Assembly: GCA_034003955.1 (NCBI GenBank)
Contig: JAVEXO010000004.1
Span: forward strand, 4,426 to 68,425
Source: Spirochaetia bacterium
GTDB taxonomy: Bacteria; Spirochaetota; Spirochaetia; Treponematales; UBA12059
DNA: 64,000 nt
Reading direction: 5' to 3'
The notes beneath the pieces were generated by a model. That model was not told the origin of the DNA. It saw only the letters and a program-made list of their open reading frames with translations, and did not search any database. The position numbers and the translations under genes are program-made. Below are positions 1 through 8,386 of the stretch, piece by piece (the stretch's first letter is position 1; every line of letters begins with the position of its first letter).

Positions 1-2
1 CG

Positions 3-410
3 GCCTTGAGGCGAGTTTTTATTGATCATGAGTCGTCCCATGCCCTGTACTTTCAGGATGCGGAGTATAGAAGGCTTGCATCGAGGCTATGGTCGGCACT
101 GGTACCGGAGGCCAGGCGCTTCTGGCAACAGCATTTCGTGTGGCGGCGCTACGATATACGAGACGAGGATCTATGCGTCAATGAACTCCAGGCCTATCTG
201 GTTCAGCAGGGAGTATACTCCACACAGGCCTACTACGAGGCACTCGTGCCTCGTCTTACAGAGGCCTATCCTGACTTGCAAGCAGTCATAGAAGCAGACG
301 CACCATTTGCCATAGAGGCGGCTTTTAGCGACGCCAGGGTTCTTGACCGTTACCTCAAGGAGCACTGGGGTCTGTCCGCAGGACGCATGGGTCGTATACA
401 AAGATTATAA
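3..410 (+). CDS. C-terminal fragment of a hypothetical protein (open to the 5' window edge)
   Basis: The frame is open from nt 3 to TAA at 408-410. The TTG at 6 is only an ORF-caller start. No family motif recognised. Convergent with the gene ending at 414. Confidence 0.4.
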   Translation, partial: ALRRVFIDHESSHALYFQDAEYRRLASRLWSALVPEARRFWQQHFVWRRYDIRDEDLCVNELQAYLVQQGVYSTQAYYEALVPRLTEAYPDLQAVIEADAPFAIEAAFSDARVLDRYLKEHWGLSAGRMGRIQRL

Positions 411-413
411 CCA

Positions 414-2087
414 TCATGCCCTGGATAACTCGTCTAGAACCTCCCTCAGGCACCACGAACGCGTTTGTATGAGCAGATCACAGGGATCAGGCGGTGATGA
501 ACCTGCCTCTCGCCTGAAGGCCGCGGCTGCGGGGAGCATTGTGGTCCATACGTCTTTCTCGTGCGCTCCAAGGCTATCAAGATACGCAGCGGCATGGCGG
601 TAGGGTTCGGGTAGGGCTGCGATATCGTCGGCATAGGATTGCAAGAATTCCTCTGGTTTCTGGTATGACCGGCCTGCGGCGAAGACCCTGCCGTCAAAAC
701 GGCCGCGAAGGCCTTCCTTGCTGGCAATATCGGCTCTGACGCCGTTGCCCCTGACGCGGTCTATACTACAGGGTAGCGCCATGGATAGGCGTTCTAATCT
801 TTCCTTGTATGCCACCAGGGGCTTCGTAACGTAGCGGAAGGAGCCGTCTGGGTCTTCTTCTCTGTCTATAGACTGGTTGCGATACAAAAAATCCGCAAAG
901 AGCCCCTCCATTGGGCGCAGCCTTGATTGCCGTATGTCAAAGTATGGATAAATATAGGTACCCCTGGCATAGCTTTTGCCAAACGGGTATGAAAAGTCTG
1001 CTCCAAAGACGCGCACGATCGACGCGCCAAGGTAATTTGCAAGAGAAATGGCGGCGTGGGTTACGTTGCCGCCCGAGGTGTCTAGAACGGGAAAGGCCCT
1101 GAAACGAGAGGCTATGTATCGTGATAAGGGATGACCCGAGGAAAAGAAATACGGTTTGGAAGCCATGCGTGCAACGGTCGGAGGCGAGGCCAGGTCAAGA
1201 AACAGCGGTATGGAGCCTGGAAGACCAAGCGAGAAATGATAGTAACTTATATGCTGACAGTCTATGCTTATGACGGCGTCTGGCTCGATGCCACGTTCAA
1301 GGAGTGCCCTCAGGCTGGTATCGGTGGCAATGAGAAAGGCATCCTTGGGGCGTGATGCTATTTCTTCAAGATGATTCTCTAAAGAAGGTCCTGCCGCACT
1401 GATGAAGGCTTCACGTATGGGTCCTACTGGCGGTGTAGGTTTGTTAGATAATTCAAGGTTGCGTATTATGTTTGAGAACCAACGCTTGCCAAAGAACGAC
1501 TGCACCGAATAGTCGTCAGATATTGCTCCAATGGCACTCCGTATTGAGTCTGCGGCCTTCTTATAGGATAGGGGGTCGGCATCTATCCTGGCCCTGAGCG
1601 GAACAGAGAAGAAGTCACCGGTAAGGGCTGGCACATAGCTTTCTGCCACGGCTTCGTCGAGTTCGACGTCTACAGGATCTACCAGTAATCTCAGCCGCCT
1701 GTCTCCTAATACATGGGTCATGTCAACACGTTCTAGTATGGCCTTCAAGACAGAGGCACCGTATTCAACGATCAGACCCTTGGTAACACGTCCAGCCTCT
1801 AAAAGAGCCGCCACTTCGTATCCGGCACCCAGTCCAAGGAACACATAGAAACCAGTCGTTTCATAGTGTTGGGCTAGACGGCTGGCTTCCCGTATTGGTG
1901 CAAACCTTGAATGCATGTATGTTTTTCTATCGCCTGTCAGCGTGTATGGTACTAGCGAACCATCGGCAGCATGTGCAATCTCTAGATGGCTTGCGCTCGT
2001 CTTGGCCCGTATCCTGTCGGCACACAGAGGACCGTGTTGAGAGGCTATCGCGAGCATGTTTCGCTCGAATACCTGGTGGTCTATCAT
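414..2087 (-). CDS. Motility-associated factor (Maf)/DUF115-family putative glycosyltransferase
   Basis: 557-aa ORF. N-terminal Rossmann-like 'FLGLGAGYEVAALLE'. Central 'ISAAGPSL...FLIATDTSLRALLERGIEPDAVISIDCQ' matches my recollection of the DUF115/MptE-like core. ATGA overlap with the upstream paralogue at 2084-2087. Confidence 0.7.
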   Translation of the reverse strand: MIDHQVFERNMLAIASQHGPLCADRIRAKTSASHLEIAHAADGSLVPYTLTGDRKTYMHSRFAPIREASRLAQHYETTGFYVFLGLGAGYEVAALLEAGRVTKGLIVEYGASVLKAILERVDMTHVLGDRRLRLLVDPVDVELDEAVAESYVPALTGDFFSVPLRARIDADPLSYKKAADSIRSAIGAISDDYSVQSFFGKRWFSNIIRNLELSNKPTPPVGPIREAFISAAGPSLENHLEEIASRPKDAFLIATDTSLRALLERGIEPDAVISIDCQHISYYHFSLGLPGSIPLFLDLASPPTVARMASKPYFFSSGHPLSRYIASRFRAFPVLDTSGGNVTHAAISLANYLGASIVRVFGADFSYPFGKSYARGTYIYPYFDIRQSRLRPMEGLFADFLYRNQSIDREEDPDGSFRYVTKPLVAYKERLERLSMALPCSIDRVRGNGVRADIASKEGLRGRFDGRVFAAGRSYQKPEEFLQSYADDIAALPEPYRHAAAYLDSLGAHEKDVWTTMLPAAAAFRREAGSSPPDPCDLLIQTRSWCLREVLDELSRA

Positions 2088-3682
2088 GGCTCTGCTCCTG
2101 ATAGTAACCTTGCCGCCAAACGCACAGAGGCGTCGATGGCCTTGGCTTCGTTAATGATAGCCTCGCCTCTGGCGGCATCAGCCAAGAATGAAGCGGATTG
2201 ACGTGGAGCAAGAGCCTTCCACAGGAGCGATGCCTCATACGCTACGGGCCTGGATTCTGCAAGCGCCTCGTGGACCTGCTGTATCGCTCTGTCAGCCAGC
2301 ATTGTTAGCATGGTATCGGCTGCACGCCTTCTATCAGGCACTGTCATGCTATAGTCTGACTCTTGATACCTGATGCAGGGTTTTATGCCACGTGCATCGC
2401 TGAGGGTATCTATGCAGCCCCTGGGAATGCTCGTCTCTACTGGAGAATCTCCAAGCCTCAAGACACGGTCGCCATCGGCTTGTGGAACTCCAATCGATGT
2501 AGCATAGACAGAGAATGCCCTGGAAGTTCGCCATGATCCAAGAGTATTGGTAAACGTGTGCAAGACCCTGTTTGAACGCGCCGAGTATGCCGGAAGCTCT
2601 CGCCGCTCGGCCATCGTATCGAGTGTATCAAAGGCGTAGGGGCTAGCATGATCCTTGTGCCCCTCGGCAGCAAGATCAAGGCCGGCTATGGCCACGTATC
2701 CACTGGTAATGCTCAGAGCCAGCCTGAGCGCTGTGCCTGCCGAACTTCCTGAAGGCAGGGCTTGCAAACCAGAACATCCTCTTGCCGCCAAGCTTGCATG
2801 CTCAAATGATAGGCCCGTATCGAGCGGAATCAAGTTTGAACCCTCGAGGATCTGTGCTTGTGCGTACGAACTCGGTGGTAGCACCAGAGGGAGCCCTTGC
2901 TCTACTGACTGCCGCAGGTGGGCTCCATTCCAGAAACCAGGGTCGGTCGATACCACCAGGTCTGGAACCAGGCCGCTCTGCAAGAGCGCCGGGACAGCCG
3001 AGGCCAGGGCCCATAGCGATACATCCTCTCTAAGCGGACGAATTGCAGGGATGGTCCTTGAAAGGCTAGGGCCGGCGCAGGCCAGGATGATAGGAGAAGT
3101 AGCGGGCAACAAGGTTGAAACCCGATTGCTAGCCAGGATGAAACGTACACAGTTATGTAGCCAGCGAGCCGCCCAAAAAGCAGTGGTGGCGGCATCGCTA
3201 CTGGCCGATTCAAGGGCTTCCCGTATGGCCACATCGATGGTATCGGCCATTGGCTTGTAGTGAGTGATGACAGGAGGCCATGAAACAAGCGCGACACCTG
3301 CAGCAAGGCGATTGTCAGAGAAGGCAATACCAAGGATGTCGTGGATAGAAGCCGTGCTCGATGGGTTCCAACTCAAGACGGGAGAAAACACTTCCTGTCC
3401 CTGGAAGTCGGCGGATGGTTGGAGGGATACTAGTACTGCATGAGGAAAGCGCTCATGAGCAACGGCAGAAATATAATTGAGCCCGCCTCCTACTATTATT
3501 ATTATAGAGGGGTGTCTTCCTTTGAGAGACGCTTCTAGATGGCGCTCGGCCTCCCTCTTGGGAGAATATCTGGAATGGTAGGTGGAGGCAGGGCTTGTTT
3601 GCATGGCTGCATCATCATAAATCATTGAATAGGGATCGTATTGTAGATTCAAGCCCTTCATTGGAGAGTTTAACCGAGGCAA
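2084..3682 (-). CDS. Second, divergent Maf/DUF115-family putative glycosyltransferase
   Basis: 532-aa ORF with 'IIIVGGGLNY' and 'ILACAGPSL...LWALASAVPALLQSGLVPDLVVSTDPG', the same architecture as the 414-2087 gene. The start is uncertain: internal ATGs at 3661, 3625 and 3604 would remove or reduce the 68-nt overlap with the upstream ORF. Confidence 0.65.
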   Translation of the reverse strand: MPRLNSPMKGLNLQYDPYSMIYDDAAMQTSPASTYHSRYSPKREAERHLEASLKGRHPSIIIIVGGGLNYISAVAHERFPHAVLVSLQPSADFQGQEVFSPVLSWNPSSTASIHDILGIAFSDNRLAAGVALVSWPPVITHYKPMADTIDVAIREALESASSDAATTAFWAARWLHNCVRFILASNRVSTLLPATSPIILACAGPSLSRTIPAIRPLREDVSLWALASAVPALLQSGLVPDLVVSTDPGFWNGAHLRQSVEQGLPLVLPPSSYAQAQILEGSNLIPLDTGLSFEHASLAARGCSGLQALPSGSSAGTALRLALSITSGYVAIAGLDLAAEGHKDHASPYAFDTLDTMAERRELPAYSARSNRVLHTFTNTLGSWRTSRAFSVYATSIGVPQADGDRVLRLGDSPVETSIPRGCIDTLSDARGIKPCIRYQESDYSMTVPDRRRAADTMLTMLADRAIQQVHEALAESRPVAYEASLLWKALAPRQSASFLADAARGEAIINEAKAIDASVRLAARLLSGAEP

Positions 3683-4349
3683 AGGAGCCGAGCGGAATGG
3701 TTTCTACATGGGTACGCGAAATAAGCCTTAAGAGTGTCTTTGAGACAAGAGACGCAATGAGTTCGGGATCTCCGGGTGCATGTGTCATGACGGCACACAG
3801 TAGGCGAAAGCCAGGAAGCACGAAGACATTGCGTATTGATCCTGTAATTGCACTGGTAAAGGAAGCCAGTTCCTCCATGAGGGAAGCCTCTGTAGCATGT
3901 GCACATAGCTTCTTGGTCGACGCGCCAATTGAAGAAAGGTCCATTACGAAAAGTGAAGCAAACAAAAAATTTCTTGCAATGCCGCCCTTGAGATACTCCA
4001 GGAACCTTCCTTCATCGAAGGTTTCGGGTACATCGAGTGAGGCTGACATCGACGCGTAAATACTCAATGATGCTATGCGTTTAATTTCTTCATGCACTCT
4101 GGCCGGAAGTTCTATGAGTTCAGGATGAATAATAATATGATTGCTACATGGTTCAAAGATTTCTGATCGTGTGCCCATGTACTCCATGATGCCAGGATCG
4201 AGAGCCTTTTGCACTTCATCTGCGTTTATTTGAGGTGGATCTCCCTGTATACCATACGCAGAGACAACAACGAAACCGGTTCTACGACGAATGCAGTAGA
4301 CGGCCCATGGGACAAAGCTGGTGCTCAGCGCCTCAAGAGCTAAACGCAT
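3615..4349 (-). CDS. Hypothetical protein (244 aa), first gene of the putative 244aa-maf-maf operon
   Basis: Long ORF co-directional with and abutting the Maf genes. Ordinary amino-acid composition. No motif recognised and no clear SD at the ATG. Confidence 0.5.
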   Translation of the reverse strand: MRLALEALSTSFVPWAVYCIRRRTGFVVVSAYGIQGDPPQINADEVQKALDPGIMEYMGTRSEIFEPCSNHIIIHPELIELPARVHEEIKRIASLSIYASMSASLDVPETFDEGRFLEYLKGGIARNFLFASLFVMDLSSIGASTKKLCAHATEASLMEELASFTSAITGSIRNVFVLPGFRLLCAVMTHAPGDPELIASLVSKTLLRLISRTHVETIPLGSFASVKLSNEGLESTIRSLFNDL

Positions 4350-4414
4350 TCCAAGATATGGGTCTAGAATCCTGGAAAGCTCTTCTAGCGTCTTTTCAAA
4401 TGAGCCCTTTGGTA

Positions 4415-4425
4415 TTTTTTTTTTT
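4415..4425. repeat. Homopolymeric T11 (A11 on the minus strand) tract
   Basis: Direct reading: ggta-ttttttttttt-ggct. Lies in the 151-nt intergenic region between the acidic-protein gene and the 244-aa ORF, next to the hairpin GAGGGCC-AAAA-GGCCCTC (4430-4447). Confidence 0.9.
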
Positions 4426-4500
4426 GGCTGAGGGCCAAAAGGCCCTCCTGCCTCGTTACTGTTGTACCATGGCGGGCAGCCGCAATATCAAGTAAACCCA

Positions 4501-6792
4501 TTACAGGAGCCCCAAATCATCGAATAGATGCTTGTAGGTATCGTAGTATTCGCTAGAGGCAAATTCCTCTATCTTTTCCTCTGGAAGAGACGCAAGGAGC
4601 TGGTCAAGATACAGCAACACCGATTTGACATCATGCTTCAGTTTATCGGGTACGGGCGCATCGCTCCCGGCTGCTAAAGCCGGTATGGATACAGGCTCTA
4701 AAACAAGATCTTCTACAAGATCATCGTTGTCATCTAGTGGTGACAATTCTTCTATGCCGGTCTCAGATGGCATTTCGTCTTTCGATACAGAGTCTACAAA
4801 CAAAGAGTCGTCTAGACTGGTCGACAACTCGTCTGGATGATAGTCGACTGGTTTGGATGGTGGGGAAACAATATCGCTTTGAGCTTCGTCGAATTCTGTT
4901 TGATCCAGGGATTCAAAGGAGTCAATTTCCTCTGAATGAAGATCCAGGCCACCGAGCTCTTCTGTTTCAAGGAGTTCCTCAAGTTCTTCTGCCTCTTCTA
5001 TTTCCTCGATAGACTCTGGGAATGAATCCACGGTGGATATGACGGGCCTATCGCTTGCGTCTATATCTAATGTTATTTCTAAATCATCTTCTTCATTACC
5101 ATCTTCAAGGATTGGAAGGTCTTCGTCGTCAAATTCCTCTCCAAAGGTAGAGTCTTCAAGGATTTTAAGATCTGACTCTTCTGGTTCTACGAGGGTTTCG
5201 TCTTCGAAGTCCATGACATCGAGTTCCATAAGATCATCATCAGAAGGGGCGTCCAGGAAACTGGTGTCATCTGGTACTTCAGTAAGCGGTGTCACACCTT
5301 CGTTACTATTTATGGAGCCTTTCTCTTCGTCTGTCGGTTCGACAATAGGAAGATCAATAAGCTCTATACCCGGTTCTGAGGCTTGAGTGTAATCGCCGTC
5401 TTCAGGGAGGAGTTCTAAATCGTCGGGAATATCTAGTTGCGGTACTTCAAGTTCATTAAATGACTCATCGACCGCTTCCTCTGTGAAATCGGCTGTATTG
5501 AGTATGTTATCGAGCTCGTCTCCGGTTAGGGCTATGGTATCGTCGTCCTCGTCATCGAAGAATCCACCAGCCGTTGACTCCTCGAAGCTATCTTCATCTA
5601 TCGCATCTTCCTGAGCCGAAGTGGAGATTCCAGATGCCTTGAGTGTGCTCAATTGGCTTCTAAGACTGACGAGTTCTTCCTTTATTGATGAAAGTTCAAG
5701 AGCTATCTTTTGAAGAAGGTTGGAAGATTGTCCGGCTCTGTCATCGCTCAGATCGTCGGTAACGGCCTTTATGTCGTCAAACCCTAGATCATCGTCGTCT
5801 ATTGAGACATTTTCTACGGCCATATCGGGCATGATGCCAGATTCACGGTTTTCATCATCATCTATGAACGAGTCAAGGGACGTGTCCTGGTATGAAGCGC
5901 TGGATTGCTCAATGGGCATTGGTTCTGGTTCTACAGCAGAAGACGAGGGGACGGTTTCTTCCATTCCTATAGAATCTATGTCAACCGTCTCGAATTCAGA
6001 AGAGATATCAAGAAAATCATCGCTGAGTTCATCAGCAAGTTCGGCGCTCTCATGTGTTTCAACTTCTGGTATGGTGTCATCGAACTGCAGATCGATATCT
6101 AGCAGATCATAATCATCAGAAGGTATAGGGGAGGTTTCTGTTGTTTCCAAGCTAGGCATAGAGGCGTATTCAGCCCCTAGATTTTCAAGGGAAGGATTGG
6201 AATCTGATGAACCGTCATCGGTAAAGCCAAAATCTTCTATGTTGATATCGGTAGTCGCGAAGGTGTCATTCGTGGAAGAGCTGTCTATGGTATCAGCAGG
6301 CTGCGGCGCCGTGGGTCGCGACTCTGAGACGGGTTCATCGTATTCCAGTTCATCGAGCTCGATGTCAATGATGCCATCTTCAATAACATCTTCATCAAGA
6401 TCGATTGAGCTCGTCTCCATGGGAGCCTCAGGCTCCAATGAGTCCAAGGCCTCTAAATCAAAGGCTTCCTCTGTCATCTCGACGAGGAATTCGGGCTCCT
6501 CGAGTGGCGATAATGACTCAAAATCATCAAACGCTTCGTTTTCATCGTCGGTAATGGCAGACTCCTCTGCTTCTTCTGGAAGATCGAATGAATCTAGAAA
6601 CTCATCGTCATCTTCCGGTAGGAGAATTGCCTCGGAACCATCGATACTATGTTCATCGATAGTTTCACGGCTACTATTAGGTTCATCAAAAATGTCCTGC
6701 GGTTCTGCCTTGACCCAAACGCCGTATTTCTCGAGCTCCTGCTCGGGGGTAGGAATGGGATCGGGTTTCCCTTGCGGGGCTTTATTCTGCAT
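4501..6792 (-). CDS. Extremely acidic, low-complexity (D/E/S-rich) 763-aa protein with three short ordered islands
   Basis: Uninterrupted 2.3-kb ORF. The N-terminus reads 'EKYGVWVKAEPQD'. There is a central coiled-coil-like 'LLQKIALELSSIKEELVSLRSQLSTLK'. The C-terminus reads 'VLLYLDQLLASLPEEKIEEFASSEYYDTYKHLFDDLGLL'. The Ser-rich ORFs on the opposite strand are mirror artefacts. Confidence 0.7.
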   Translation of the reverse strand: MQNKAPQGKPDPIPTPEQELEKYGVWVKAEPQDIFDEPNSSRETIDEHSIDGSEAILLPEDDDEFLDSFDLPEEAEESAITDDENEAFDDFESLSPLEEPEFLVEMTEEAFDLEALDSLEPEAPMETSSIDLDEDVIEDGIIDIELDELEYDEPVSESRPTAPQPADTIDSSSTNDTFATTDINIEDFGFTDDGSSDSNPSLENLGAEYASMPSLETTETSPIPSDDYDLLDIDLQFDDTIPEVETHESAELADELSDDFLDISSEFETVDIDSIGMEETVPSSSAVEPEPMPIEQSSASYQDTSLDSFIDDDENRESGIMPDMAVENVSIDDDDLGFDDIKAVTDDLSDDRAGQSSNLLQKIALELSSIKEELVSLRSQLSTLKASGISTSAQEDAIDEDSFEESTAGGFFDDEDDDTIALTGDELDNILNTADFTEEAVDESFNELEVPQLDIPDDLELLPEDGDYTQASEPGIELIDLPIVEPTDEEKGSINSNEGVTPLTEVPDDTSFLDAPSDDDLMELDVMDFEDETLVEPEESDLKILEDSTFGEEFDDEDLPILEDGNEEDDLEITLDIDASDRPVISTVDSFPESIEEIEEAEELEELLETEELGGLDLHSEEIDSFESLDQTEFDEAQSDIVSPPSKPVDYHPDELSTSLDDSLFVDSVSKDEMPSETGIEELSPLDDNDDLVEDLVLEPVSIPALAAGSDAPVPDKLKHDVKSVLLYLDQLLASLPEEKIEEFASSEYYDTYKHLFDDLGLL

Positions 6793-6876
6793 GGCGCACG
6801 CACTCCGTCAACTGGATTGATCTCATATAAATATCGGCAGGAATACCCAGAAACCAAATGATAACTGGTATGTTTT

Positions 6877-6905
6877 ACTCTAATCGCGCTTTTTCCTATT
6901 GTCAA
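6877..6905 (-). promoter_or_regulatory. Candidate sigma70-type promoter for the acidic-protein gene
   Basis: Minus strand reads TTGACA (6905-6900), a 17-nt spacer, then TAGAGT (6882-6877). This is about 85 nt upstream of the ATG at 6792. Confidence 0.4.
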
Positions 6906-6965
6906 CTGTATGAGCATTTTATCGATCAATGACTTAAGCTTTAGCGGAACATTCCGTTAATAAGC

Positions 6966-7445
6966 ATGATGAAAAGAATACTTGTAGCATCCTGCTGGAT
7001 GGGATTGGCCAGTTATTGCATGATAGCCATGACTCTTGGTCCTTCTGGGATACTGGCATCCAGGAAGGCTCTTGAGGCAAGCATGAGCATGCGTGAAAAT
7101 CTTTCCCATCTAGCAGCCATGAATTCATCATTCTCTGCTGAATGGGAAGCCCTGAAGACATCCCCGGAAGCCATCGCTTTAGAGGCCCGCTCCCTTGGAT
7201 ACCTCGCCGATGACGAAATTGCCGTGCGCTTACCCGATGCTGCGCTGACCATTGTGCCACCAAACGCAGGAAAACGCATAGAATATGAGCCACAATCCAT
7301 ACTCAGCGAAGCCGACGCAAAGGGCATGGCCTTAATCATTGCCCTGATGACGGCAATAGCAGGTTTAGGAATGCGTCTATTGAGGAGAGCCAGCCCGGCT
7401 ATTGTTCAACGTGATATCCGTACCCACGAGGCGCTTCGTACATAG
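6966..7445 (+). CDS. FtsB/DivIC-like septum formation initiator family protein
   Basis: N-terminal TM helix followed by a short coiled coil, then 'EAIALEARSLGYLADDEIAVRL'. This resembles the conserved FtsB/DivIC C-terminal motif. Its 3' end overlaps the convergent gene by 40 nt. Confidence 0.55.
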   Translation: MMKRILVASCWMGLASYCMIAMTLGPSGILASRKALEASMSMRENLSHLAAMNSSFSAEWEALKTSPEAIALEARSLGYLADDEIAVRLPDAALTIVPPNAGKRIEYEPQSILSEADAKGMALIIALMTAIAGLGMRLLRRASPAIVQRDIRTHEALRT

Positions 7446-8362
7446 TCGTTATCTACCCACAAGGTGTCTCCACTTCCGCTGATGGCTATTGATTCCTTGG
7501 TGCCGGATAGGGTAGTGCCATCGGCGCTCAGGGTGTATAGCCATCGCATGGGTCGCGCTTCGGCTGCTATGCGCCTCGCCAGATCAAGTGAGACCGAGGC
7601 CGCACGGTACATAGCCACATCGTTTGGCTGGTCCTGGGCTATCTCTATGATGTCTTCTGAGATGCTAACACGAAGCTTTAAAGTGCCACCGCCACTCAGG
7701 ATGGCGAGAGCCGTAGCATTGGGGAAGAGGCGAATGGTTTCAAGGCCCTTGTCACCTCGCCATGTGCCAAGCAGATCGCTGATAGTCGGGGCGCGAAATA
7801 TAGATTGCGGCTCGATAGCCACCGTTTCAATTGCTTTTAAGGCCACGGAATTTGGTATGCTTGTATCTGGTTGCTTGTTCGTGCCTGCATCGGCAGGTAG
7901 CGGCTTGGCTCCAAACAAGGTCCAGGTAAGGTTCCTGGATCGTAGGACGATGTCACTGATTGATTGTGCCGTGTCTGAAACACTGAGTTTCTCACCGCTT
8001 GAAACGCGCGTGTTGTCGAGACTGAAGACGAATATGTCACCTATTTTCCCAATTGTTCCAGAAACTATGTAGTCTGCGATCAAGGGAGGCTCACTTGCCG
8101 GTGATGATCCCAGGCCCAGGGCCATCTCTGTCTCCCGCAAGGCAGAGTCCTGACCCTGTGCATCTATTACCCTGAAAGTCTTGAGTTCAACGACATACGA
8201 GCCAACGAGCTTTTCCAGCATTGAAGCCTCGCTAGAAGCAATACCCGTGCCGGTAAATGGAGCAATTCTTACTATGGCCTGTCTGGTCTGACCAAATCCA
8301 TACGAAACAAGCAGTAGGGAGGCTGTCATAATGCACAATAGTCTCTTCATCCTTGCCTCCAC
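7406..8362 (-). CDS. Secreted protein with an N-terminal CsgG/LpoB-like module (putative)
   Basis: Signal peptide 'MKRLLCIMTASLLLVSYGFGQ'. Followed by 'IVRIAPFTGTGI...MLEKLVGSYVVELKTFRVIDAQ', which fits the pattern typical of CsgG/LpoB/FlgO-type periplasmic modules. The start may be the ATG at 8350. Confidence 0.55.
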   Translation of the reverse strand: MEARMKRLLCIMTASLLLVSYGFGQTRQAIVRIAPFTGTGIASSEASMLEKLVGSYVVELKTFRVIDAQGQDSALRETEMALGLGSSPASEPPLIADYIVSGTIGKIGDIFVFSLDNTRVSSGEKLSVSDTAQSISDIVLRSRNLTWTLFGAKPLPADAGTNKQPDTSIPNSVALKAIETVAIEPQSIFRAPTISDLLGTWRGDKGLETIRLFPNATALAILSGGGTLKLRVSISEDIIEIAQDQPNDVAMYRAASVSLDLARRIAAEARPMRWLYTLSADGTTLSGTKESIAISGSGDTLWVDNDYVRSASWVRISR

Positions 8363-8386
8363 CGCGCAGGCCTTAGCCTGTAGTCA

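Noticed and set aside
5033-6820. Ser-rich plus-strand ORFs (5033-5386, 5720-6112, 6197-6820) opposite the acidic-protein gene
   Set aside because: GAn/GAy (Asp/Glu) codons read antisense as TCn (Ser) codons, so long open Ser-rich frames are an expected mirror artefact. They have no SD or start context and monotonous composition.
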